64,000 bases of DNA from Candidatus Undivivens industriae (GTDB taxonomy: Bacteria; Omnitrophota; Gorgyraeia; Gygaellales; Profunditerraquicolaceae): NCBI GenBank assembly GCA_012514745.1, contig JAAYZR010000015.1, positions 7,479 to 71,478 of the forward strand, in the 5' to 3' direction. The translations under genes and the position numbers were made by a program. The notes under the pieces are model-generated. The model saw only the letters and a list, made by a program, of their open reading frames with translations, searched no databases and was not told the DNA's origin. Below are positions 20,188-27,892 of this stretch, piece after piece (position 1 is the stretch's first letter; the number at the start of each line of letters is the position of its first letter).

Positions 20188-21193
20188 AATTCCGGGGACA
20201 CAATACTTAATTCAAGAAAACGACAAGAAATCGTGTTAGATTTTACCATTTTCTTGCGTCTATTATAAGAGAATAGAATTATAGCATAAGTTTCTAATTC
20301 CGGGGACACAATACTTAATTCCCCTTCTCAAATTATACGGCTCCGCGGGATACCGTTTGTTCTCGGAAGGATTTTCTTGAGATAGCGGCCAAACCTCATC
20401 TGCTCCATAAATGGCGCGCTTTTTGTATAAACCAACAAGAAGGAGGCTTTCAATGGCAAGGATAGCGAGATTAGTCGTGCCCGGAATCCCCCACCACATT
20501 GTGCAGAGAGGCAACAGACGCCAAGATGTTTTCTTTAACGACGATGACAGAAGGGCCTATCTTAATTATCTAAAAGCATACGCTATTCCTTCTGGGATAG
20601 AATTCCTGTCATATTGTTTAATGGATAATCACGTGCATATTATTGGTATCCCGAGTAACAAGGATAGTTTTGCCGACGGTTTCGGAGAAGCACATCGCAG
20701 GTACACAAGAATGATCAATTTTAGAAAAGGATGGAGAGGATATTTGTGGGAAGGCAGATTCAAATCGTACCCCTTAGGGGGCGCTTATTTATATGCCGCG
20801 CTTCGTTATATAGAAATGAATCCTGTAAGAGCGGAAATGGTGAAGAACGCCTGGGACTATCCATGGTCAAGCGCAAAAGCACATGTCTTGAACCACACTG
20901 ACATTTTACTAACAAATAATTGTATCGCTTCGGAAGTGGAGGACTGGAGATCTTTTCTTTCCGAAGATGACAAACAAGATCACGCCGACTTATTAGAAAC
21001 GCATTTGATGAGCGGACGGCCGTTGGGAGATAATAAATTTATCGAGAAGGTAGAAAGATTAACCGGCAAAATACTGTATAAGCAGAAACCGGGACCGAAG
21101 AAGGCTGAGGATTAATTATACGGGGATACGATACTTAATTATCGCATCTCCGGCATGAGCTGCTTAATAATTAAGTATTGTGTCCCCGGAATT
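20188..21193 (+). mobile_element. RAYT/REP locus: REP-associated tyrosine transposase gene flanked by REP copies (2 direct upstream, one REPIN downstream)
   Basis: REP at 20188..20212 and 20296..20320. RAYT CDS. Degenerate REP 21116..21140 plus inverted REP 21169..21193. Confidence 0.8.
20453..21115 (+). CDS. REP-associated tyrosine transposase (RAYT, TnpA_REP; IS200/IS605-like Y1 HUH transposase)
   Basis: MARIARLVVPGIPHHIVQRGNRRQDVF…, HUH motif in …LMDNHVHIIG…, catalytic Tyr region …YLYAALRYIEMNPVRA…. Start set at ATG 20453 (AGGAGG 7 nt upstream). The track start 20411 is an upstream in-frame Met. Confidence 0.85.
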   Translation: MARIARLVVPGIPHHIVQRGNRRQDVFFNDDDRRAYLNYLKAYAIPSGIEFLSYCLMDNHVHIIGIPSNKDSFADGFGEAHRRYTRMINFRKGWRGYLWEGRFKSYPLGGAYLYAALRYIEMNPVRAEMVKNAWDYPWSSAKAHVLNHTDILLTNNCIASEVEDWRSFLSEDDKQDHADLLETHLMSGRPLGDNKFIEKVERLTGKILYKQKPGPKKAED

Positions 21194-21196
21194 ACG

Positions 21197-21270
21197 CGCG
21201 CCTGGCAGGACTCGAACCTGCAACGCCCAGCTCCGAAGGCTGGCGCTCTATCCAATTGAGCTACAGGCGC
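21197..21270 (-). tRNA. tRNA-Arg (anticodon TCG)
   Basis: Hand-folded cloverleaf: acceptor GCGCCUG/CAGGCGC, D-arm GCUC…GAGC, anticodon stem CCAGC/GCUGG with loop CUUCGGA (anticodon UCG), T-arm GCAGG-UUCGAGU-CCUGC. CCA is not encoded. Confidence 0.8.
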
Positions 21271-21454
21271 ATAATTAATGTGTACTTGCGCAATTCCTCA
21301 TAAGCGCAAGGTGCGCATAATTAATGTGTACTTGCGTAATTCCTCATAAACGCAAGGTACGCATAATCAATGTGTACTTGCGCAATTCCTTACAAGTGCA
21401 AGGTACGCATAATTAATGTGTACTTGCGCAATCCCTTACAAGTGCAAGGTACTC
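21271..21454. repeat. Tandem repeat, 4 × 46 bp, directly abutting the 5′ end of tRNA-Arg
   Basis: Units at 21271, 21317, 21363 and 21409 (about 90 % identical). Each unit contains the inverted repeat CTTGCGC…GCGCAAG. Confidence 0.85.
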
Positions 21455-21559
21455 AAAATCCAAATCTTCAGCGGCGGGCGCATAAGCGCAACGCGCGCGC
21501 ACACACGGTACTTTCATTTTTCCAGGAATCTATAACCCCGCACCCAGGGCCCGCTTGTA

Positions 21560-22294
21560 TTACACCGCCTCCGCCGACGGCCCGAGGACGCGCATAATTT
21601 CTTCTATCCTCTGTTTGTCCAAAGGAACAACGCCTTCTTCCGCCGGCTTGCGCACCGGGGAATTAACCTGTATTTTGTCCGGCTTTATGCGTTCCACGGC
21701 CTGCTTCAACCCGGCGATATCCTCCGGCGAGTCGTTAAGGCCGCGCACAAGCATTATTTCCAGCCAGATCTTACCGGGATATTCCTTCCGGAATTCCTCC
21801 AGAGCGTTTATTATATCCGTTATCCTTGTCCCGGGGACCGGCCGGTCTATCTTTTCGAAGGTTTCCTGCCTTGCCGCATCCAGGGAAGGCACCACAAGGT
21901 CGGCTGACAGGAGCTCTTTACGAACTGAAGGCGACACCAGCATGGAGGAATTGGTGATCACCGCCACCGGCAGATCTACCATTTTCTTTATATCTAAAAT
22001 CATCTCCCCCAGCTTATTGTTAAGACAGGGTTCGCCTGTGCCGGCGATGGTCACGTAACTCAGTTTGGCAGCGGTATCTTTATGCTCATCAAGCCACTCC
22101 CGCAGAGCGGAAAGTACCTGCCCGGCGGAAGAATATTCTTTTCGTTCGCCGGTCCTCATAGTCGTCCTGCCCGCCTGGCAATATACGCAGTCAAAACTGC
22201 AGGTCTTGTAAGGAGTAAGATTAATCCCCAGAGAAAGACCGAGCCTGCGGGAGTTTATCGGACCGTAGATATACAAGTTTTTGCCGCGAATCAT
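21560..22294 (-). CDS. Radical SAM domain protein (function unknown)
   Basis: CxxxCxxC motif (CSFDCVYC) near the N-terminus, about 244 aa. Confidence 0.65.
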   Translation of the reverse strand: MIRGKNLYIYGPINSRRLGLSLGINLTPYKTCSFDCVYCQAGRTTMRTGERKEYSSAGQVLSALREWLDEHKDTAAKLSYVTIAGTGEPCLNNKLGEMILDIKKMVDLPVAVITNSSMLVSPSVRKELLSADLVVPSLDAARQETFEKIDRPVPGTRITDIINALEEFRKEYPGKIWLEIMLVRGLNDSPEDIAGLKQAVERIKPDKIQVNSPVRKPAEEGVVPLDKQRIEEIMRVLGPSAEAV

Positions 22295-22457
22295 GATAAA
22301 TCCGGGTTCCGGGTTATAGACGCCGGGTTCTGAAATACCGACGCACGAAAGAGGATGGGTAAGAACCGTTTCTAAACCAAAGGCATACCGGGAAGCTGTC
22401 GTTCTTCATCTGTATCAGGCTTATTGTTTACCGCGCCCCCTGTCGTTAATGAAGCTC

Positions 22458-22521
22458 TCTATATAAAAAGAACCCCCCGGCATCCTTGGAAGACTTGAGT
22501 TTCGCATAAGGAAGCCGGGGG
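22458..22521 (-). terminator. Rho-independent terminator downstream of the CBM48 gene
   Basis: On the minus strand: GC-rich hairpin CCCCCGGCTTCC…GGATGCCGGGGG followed by a TTCTTTTTATAT U-tract. Confidence 0.5.
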
Positions 22522-22526
22522 ATGAA

Positions 22527-22802
22527 TTACTTTACTTCTATTACGGAATTCTGCGTACCGAAAGAATTTACTGCTACCGCGTTGTTATTGGGATCATTGA
22601 TCCAGTTGCCGTCCACAAAGAACTTGTATTCGTACCTGCCGGGTTTAAGCGATATTTTCGCAGACCAATTACCCTTGCTGTCTTTCTTGGCTGCCGCACC
22701 TTTCAGGTTCCAGCTGTTGAAATCTCCAGCCAAATTGACCTTCCTCGCTTTCGGCGCGTAAATCTTGAATTGTGTCGGCTTCGTTGCAACTTTTCTGACC
22801 AT
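22527..22802 (-). CDS. Glycogen/starch-binding domain protein (CBM48 / AMPK-beta-like GBD)
   Basis: …FKIYAPKARKVNLAGDFNSWN…GNWSAKISLKPGRYEYKFFVDGNWINDP… is typical CBM48. Confidence 0.7.
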   Translation of the reverse strand: MVRKVATKPTQFKIYAPKARKVNLAGDFNSWNLKGAAAKKDSKGNWSAKISLKPGRYEYKFFVDGNWINDPNNNAVAVNSFGTQNSVIEVK

Positions 22803-22913
22803 CTCTCCCTCCTTTTATGGATTTAATTTACACGAGTATGAGGTGGATGTCAAGATTTTTTCACCGGCTCCGCGCAGCGCAAGTCGGTGTCTCGTCTATA
22901 ATAAAGAAAAAAC

Positions 22914-23717
22914 TTATACGGCGGTGATAATAAGCCCCTTGCGCTCGGCAAGGGCGAGAGAAGCCTCCTTGTCGATAAAAAGCGTCTTGCCGGCTTCTAT
23001 CGCCAGGCACGCCGCGCCGCAGCGCAGCAATGTTTTCACGGTGCACAGGCCCACCACCGGGACGTCGAACCTGGGGTCCTGCCTGGGTTTGCTCACCTTA
23101 ACCACGGTAAAACCGCGGCCGGCTATTTTCCCGGCGCGGCGGATAAGATTATCCGTGCCTTCAAAGGCTTCCACCCCCACTATCGCACCGGATTTAACGG
23201 CCACGGTCTGCCCTATATCGAGACCGGCTACTTCTTTGGCCAGTTTAAAACCGAATTCAATATCCTTGGACTGCTCGCAGGAAGGCTCAGAGCCGCAAAG
23301 CAGGCCGCGCCCCGGCATCATCTCCCCGAGGAACGCGGTGGAATCGAGAAATTTTACGCCCGATTTCTCCAGATGCCGTATAACCGTCGAGAAAATGGTG
23401 TCCGCCCTTTTATCTTTCATGCCGGCAAACACTTCACGCAGCCCGGCGTCGCGCATCACCTCGGAGCTGAAAAGACGACCGGGAGAGATCTGCCCGGCCA
23501 TGACGACTTCATTTATACCCTCTCTTTTCATTATATCGCCGAGCCTGCCGAATTCCCGCAAACGCAGCCATACCACTTTGTCCGCGCACTTGTTTATAGC
23601 GCGCCAGGCGTCACCTTTAACGGCAAAAACGACAACTTTATACCCCCTGTCCCGCGCCGCCCGCGCGAATATGAGAGGGAATTTTCTGCTTCCTGCTATT
23701 AAACCGAGTTCGGACAT
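22914..23717 (-). CDS. lpxI: UDP-2,3-diacylglucosamine hydrolase, LpxI family (DUF1009)
   Basis: LpxI-like N- and C-domains (MSELGLIAGSRKFPL…), located in the lpx cluster. Confidence 0.65.
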   Translation of the reverse strand: MSELGLIAGSRKFPLIFARAARDRGYKVVVFAVKGDAWRAINKCADKVVWLRLREFGRLGDIMKREGINEVVMAGQISPGRLFSSEVMRDAGLREVFAGMKDKRADTIFSTVIRHLEKSGVKFLDSTAFLGEMMPGRGLLCGSEPSCEQSKDIEFGFKLAKEVAGLDIGQTVAVKSGAIVGVEAFEGTDNLIRRAGKIAGRGFTVVKVSKPRQDPRFDVPVVGLCTVKTLLRCGAACLAIEAGKTLFIDKEASLALAERKGLIITAV

Positions 23718-23826
23718 ACTTTATATAAATAAGTGTAGCTATGCTTTATCATGTTCCGCGCTTCACGCCGCGCGCCGTTGGCTTTTTACCTTTTACGCGC
23801 CAAGGAGCTATTTCCCATATGTTAGA

Positions 23827-24648
23827 CTACGAATTAATCTTCTCTGTCTCATCTGCGGCGGAATGCGCCGTGCGGCAGGAACGGGCTACGCCTCTCTGCG
23901 AATTCTTTATGAAATCGATGAGGTAAGCCGTTTCTTTGGAGAGGGTGTTTTCCGCTTCGAACTTGATTGCTGCCTTGCGCAGCGGCATCCCGGAATAGAA
24001 AATTGCCCGGTAAGCCTTGTTAAGTCCGCCGACGGCTTCTCTGTGGAATCCGTTCCTGCGCAGGCCGATAAGGTTCAAGCCGTAAACGCGCGCCGGATGC
24101 CCGTCGCAGGTGGAATAAGGAGGTATGTCCTGGATCACCTTGGAACATCCGCCGAGAATGGAAAACATCCCCACGCGCACGAACTGGTGAACGGCGGTTA
24201 TGCCGCCGATTATGGCCTTATCTTCCACGCACACATGCCCGGCAAGGGTCCCGTTATTGGCCATGATACAGCCGCTGCCCACACGGCAATCGTGCGCAAC
24301 ATGGCAGTAGGCCATAAGTAAGTTGCCGTCTCCGACGACGGTCTTGCCGCCTTCACCAGTGCCGGGGTTCAAAGTGCAGTATTCCCTGATGATATTCCTG
24401 TCGCCTATAATAAGGTAACTCTTCTCGCCCTTGAATTTAAGGTCCTGGGGCCTGCTGCCGACCACCGCCCCGCTGAATATTTCGCAATCCCGGCCTATGG
24501 TCGTATTACCTTCAATGACGCAATGCGCCCCGATCCTGGTGCCCGGGTTGATAGTCACATTATCGCCGATAATGGAAAATGGTCCGACTTCCACGTCTTC
24601 AGCGAGCTTTGCCTTATCTGAAACTATGGCGGTGTTGTGTATTGACAT
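23827..24648 (-). CDS. lpxA: Acyl-ACP--UDP-N-acetylglucosamine O-acyltransferase
   Basis: Left-handed beta-helix hexapeptide repeats with an LpxA N-terminus MSIHNTAIVSDKAKLAEDVEVGPFSIIG. Confidence 0.9.
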   Translation of the reverse strand: MSIHNTAIVSDKAKLAEDVEVGPFSIIGDNVTINPGTRIGAHCVIEGNTTIGRDCEIFSGAVVGSRPQDLKFKGEKSYLIIGDRNIIREYCTLNPGTGEGGKTVVGDGNLLMAYCHVAHDCRVGSGCIMANNGTLAGHVCVEDKAIIGGITAVHQFVRVGMFSILGGCSKVIQDIPPYSTCDGHPARVYGLNLIGLRRNGFHREAVGGLNKAYRAIFYSGMPLRKAAIKFEAENTLSKETAYLIDFIKNSQRGVARSCRTAHSAADETEKINS

Positions 24649-24686
24649 ATATGCACCTTCTATATCCGGTTGTTACGCCGGGGCCC

Positions 24687-25988
24687 TTATCCGAAAGCAA
24701 ACATCAAGGTGGCTTCGGCCACCACTTTTCCATCCACGTAAGCCTTGCCGTAAACCTGCCCGGTCCTGGATTTCACTTTACCTGCCGCGACCTCCATCAC
24801 CAGCCTGTCCCCGGGCACCACTACCTTGCGAAACTTCGCGTCGTCTATAGCCATGAAATAAGCGAGCTTGCCGCGGTGCTCCTCCGAAGAAAGCATCATC
24901 ACTCCGCCGACCTGGGCCATCGCCTCCAAGATAAGCACGCCCGGCATCACGGGTTTACCGGGGAAATGCCCCTGAAAAAACGCGTCGTTGATGGTAACGT
25001 TTTTTATTCCGACCACCCGTTTGCCTTGCTCCAGATACGTAATCCTGTCCACAAGAAGGAACGGGAAACGGTGCGGCAGCACATCCATTATCGCCTGCAC
25101 ATCCATCACGCAGCCTTCTCCGGAACAAACATTCGCGCCTGCCAAGCTTTTCTGCTTTTGCTGTAATATCGACTTGACCATCCTGGCGTTAAGAGAATGG
25201 CCGCTCTTGACCGCAATTATGTGGGCCTTCAAAGGCTGTCCGAGCAGACTGAAGTCTCCGATAAGGTCGAGGACCTTGTGCCTGACGAACTCATCCGGAA
25301 ATCGCAGTGTATTGCCGACGACACCTTTTTCTCCGACGACAAGCGTGTTCTCGTAAGTCGCCCCCTTGCCCAGCCCCTGCTTCTTCAGCTCCTCGGCCTC
25401 CTCTTCCAGGCAAAAAGTCCTTGCGCCCGCAATGCCGTCGCGGAAGGACTTCTCCGTGATCTCCATATCGAAAAACTGGGAAGCCAGCATGGAATGTTCA
25501 TAATTGAGGGTGTAGGAAACCCGGAAAGTTTCGCAGGGCACAGCTACCAGGGAGACTCCGGATTCGTTAATATAAATCGGTTCCGTCAACGAATAATAAT
25601 CCCTTGGTTTGTCCAGCGTCTGTATGCCGGCTCTGTCCAGCGCCTTCAGGTATTCCAGCGCGCTGCCGTCGAGGCCGGGTAATTCCTCGCCGTCGAGTTC
25701 TACCACAAGATTGTCTATGCCGCAGGCCGACAAAGCGGCCATCATATGCTCCACGGTATGTATGCCGGCGACGCCGCTGCCGATAGTGGTGCGGCGCTTG
25801 CTGCGAGGATAAGACGAAACGCAGTCAACGCTGGCCTTCATCTCCGGCCTATCCGGCAGATCGGTCCTCACAAAGGTAACGCCGCTGTCGGCAGGCGCCG
25901 GCTTAAGCGTAACGGCGGCCTTATTTCCCGTATGCAGGCCTACGCCTGTAATAGTAATCTGCCCTTTTATAGTCTTCTGTAGATCCAT
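24687..25988 (-). CDS. lpxC-fabZ: Bifunctional UDP-3-O-acyl-GlcNAc deacetylase / 3-hydroxyacyl-ACP dehydratase (LpxC–FabZ fusion)
   Basis: The N-terminal ~280 aa are LpxC (GVGLHTG…, [10 protein letters not shown]). The C-terminal ~150 aa are FabZ hotdog (…[13 protein letters not shown]…[16 protein letters not shown]…). Confidence 0.85.
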   Translation of the reverse strand: MDLQKTIKGQITITGVGLHTGNKAAVTLKPAPADSGVTFVRTDLPDRPEMKASVDCVSSYPRSKRRTTIGSGVAGIHTVEHMMAALSACGIDNLVVELDGEELPGLDGSALEYLKALDRAGIQTLDKPRDYYSLTEPIYINESGVSLVAVPCETFRVSYTLNYEHSMLASQFFDMEITEKSFRDGIAGARTFCLEEEAEELKKQGLGKGATYENTLVVGEKGVVGNTLRFPDEFVRHKVLDLIGDFSLLGQPLKAHIIAVKSGHSLNARMVKSILQQKQKSLAGANVCSGEGCVMDVQAIMDVLPHRFPFLLVDRITYLEQGKRVVGIKNVTINDAFFQGHFPGKPVMPGVLILEAMAQVGGVMMLSSEEHRGKLAYFMAIDDAKFRKVVVPGDRLVMEVAAGKVKSRTGQVYGKAYVDGKVVAEATLMFAFG

Positions 25989-26095
25989 TTGTCTCCCCGC
26001 CGGTTATACCTTGACGGCGTTCAAATCGCGCCTTTTATGGCGCGGATAATATAATAATAAGCAAGCCGCGGTCTTCAGACCGTGGCGGGCCGGAT

Positions 26096-27130
26096 TTATT
26101 TCAGTCTCGACTCCAACTCTTCTATCTTTTTTTTCAACTCCGCTACGGTCTTGGTGAGCTTCGGAAGGTTCTGCGCGCAGGCATTTATTCTCTGCGTGGA
26201 CATAAATTCTCTTGCCGGATACCCCGAAACCATCGTCCCCGGAGGCACCGACTTGGAGACCCCCGCCTGGGCCGTGACTATCGCTCCCTCCCCTATAACG
26301 AGGTGCCCGGCCAGCCCCGCCTGCCCGGCTATTATGGCGCCGTCGCCTATCCTGGTGCTGCCTGAGATCCCGGCCTGCGCGATGAGCAGCACGTTACTGC
26401 CGACGTTAACGTTATGCGCTATCTGCACCAGATTGTCGATCTTGGTCCCGCTGCCGATCACGGTCTTGTCGAAACGCGCGCGGTCGATGGTAACATTGGC
26501 GCCTATCTCGACGTCGTCTCCGATCACCACCGTCCCGGTCTGCGGTATTTTATGATGCGCTCCCTTCACGGTAACATATCCGAACCCATCAGAGCCGACC
26601 ACTGTCCCGCTGTGGATGATCACCCTGTCCCCGATGACGATATCTTCTCTGACCGTAACATTGGGATACAGGAGACAGCGGGCCCCGATCTTGGCCCCGT
26701 AACCGATATAACATCCGGAGTAAACAATAGTGTCGTCGCCGACGCTGGCGCCGTCTTCTATAACGGCGTAAGCGCCGACGGTAACATTCTTGCCCAGGGA
26801 CGCTCCGGGGGAGACCGCCGCCGCCGGGTGTATTCCCCGGGGATGGCGCGCTTTATTCTCTCCGAACAACTGGACTACCTGCGTGAAAGCCAGTGAAGGA
26901 TTCTCCACCCTGATCAGAGCCGCGCGCTTCGGGGGAGAGACTTGGGGAGAGGTTATTACCGCCGACGCGCCGGTTTTTTCCAGAAACGGCGCGTATTTGG
27001 GATTGGATAAAAAAGCTATGTCCCCCGGGCGTGCCTCTTCTATCCCGGAAAACCCGGTTATCTCCAGGTCTGCCGGTCCGATTACTTCGCCGCCGATAAT
27101 CTCGGCGATTTCTTTGAGGGTCTTACGCAT
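26096..27130 (-). CDS. lpxD: UDP-3-O-(3-hydroxyacyl)glucosamine N-acyltransferase
   Basis: 344 aa with an LpxD N-terminal domain and hexapeptide repeats. Confidence 0.9.
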   Translation of the reverse strand: MRKTLKEIAEIIGGEVIGPADLEITGFSGIEEARPGDIAFLSNPKYAPFLEKTGASAVITSPQVSPPKRAALIRVENPSLAFTQVVQLFGENKARHPRGIHPAAAVSPGASLGKNVTVGAYAVIEDGASVGDDTIVYSGCYIGYGAKIGARCLLYPNVTVREDIVIGDRVIIHSGTVVGSDGFGYVTVKGAHHKIPQTGTVVIGDDVEIGANVTIDRARFDKTVIGSGTKIDNLVQIAHNVNVGSNVLLIAQAGISGSTRIGDGAIIAGQAGLAGHLVIGEGAIVTAQAGVSKSVPPGTMVSGYPAREFMSTQRINACAQNLPKLTKTVAELKKKIEELESRLK

Positions 27131-27184
27131 AAAGCCGGGAGAAAACCCTGCGGGAGAGGGCGCCGCCCTCTCCCGCGCGGGATT

Positions 27185-27694
27185 TTATTTCTTTGTGTTG
27201 CCTTTATTGAGGGCGGCTATTATCTTATCGCTGATCTCCAGGCTCTTGGTCTGGTAAACAAGCACCCTGTCGTTGAAAACGAAGGTATATCCTTCTTTCT
27301 CCGCGTAGGCCTTCACCGCGTTCTCTATATCCTTGAGGATCTCCTTCATCTTTTCATCTTGCTCCTTGCGCAGGTCCGTCTGCTTCTGACGGTCGAATTC
27401 CTGCAGGGCCTTAACCTTGGTCTCGATGTCGCCCTTTTTGGATTCCTTCTCCTTATCGCTGAGAAGGTTGATTTTCTCCTGGAGCTGTTTGATTTCGTTG
27501 ACCTTTTTTGTCCTTTCGGCGTCGTAGGCGGACTGTTTGTCGCCGAGCACCTTATCGTAATCCTTGGTTTTGTAATACTCGTTGAATGTGCGGCTCAAGT
27601 CGATATATCCCAGTTTATCGGCTGCCGAGGCGCTGCCGGCTAACATGGCCAACACGAAAAGTCCCCCAAGAACAACCCCTATTCCCTTTTTCAT
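27185..27694 (-). CDS. skp: Periplasmic chaperone Skp (OmpH)
   Basis: 169 aa with a signal peptide and a K/E-rich coiled coil. It sits between bamA and lpxD as in the canonical locus. Confidence 0.8.
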   Translation of the reverse strand: MKKGIGVVLGGLFVLAMLAGSASAADKLGYIDLSRTFNEYYKTKDYDKVLGDKQSAYDAERTKKVNEIKQLQEKINLLSDKEKESKKGDIETKVKALQEFDRQKQTDLRKEQDEKMKEILKDIENAVKAYAEKEGYTFVFNDRVLVYQTKSLEISDKIIAALNKGNTKK

Positions 27695-27789
27695 TTCCCC
27701 TCCTCCTTTTTTTATCCTTTGATTGTTTGTTTGGCAAGGATAGTGCCGAATTGTTTGATTACATTGTTATACAAGTTTCTGATAAATGA

Positions 27790-27892
27790 GAATCGGGATT
27801 AGACCGAAATCGAGAACTTTCATCGAACAAATCTCGGTTTTCGATTCTCGATTACTCCGCGCGCCGGCTAAAAAAATTATTTAACAGCGCAT
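27790..27892 (+). repeat. Family-2-related partial element (TTTCGATTCTCGATTACTCCG module plus half-hairpin) at the bamA 3′ end
   Basis: Shares AATCTCGRTTTTC…ATTACTCCGYGCGC…AATTATTTAACAGCGCA with the 14100..14160 copy. Confidence 0.7.

Noticed and set aside
21271-21316. σ70 promoter for tRNA-Arg inside each 46-bp unit
   Set aside because: TTGCGC boxes are present, but no -10 element with acceptable spacing could be found by eye. This is kept only as a hypothesis in the findings.
22765-24321. 518-aa plus-strand ORF
   Set aside because: It is antisense to lpxI and lpxA, which have strong homology. Its composition is Ser/Ala/Arg/Pro-rich, typical of a high-GC shadow frame.
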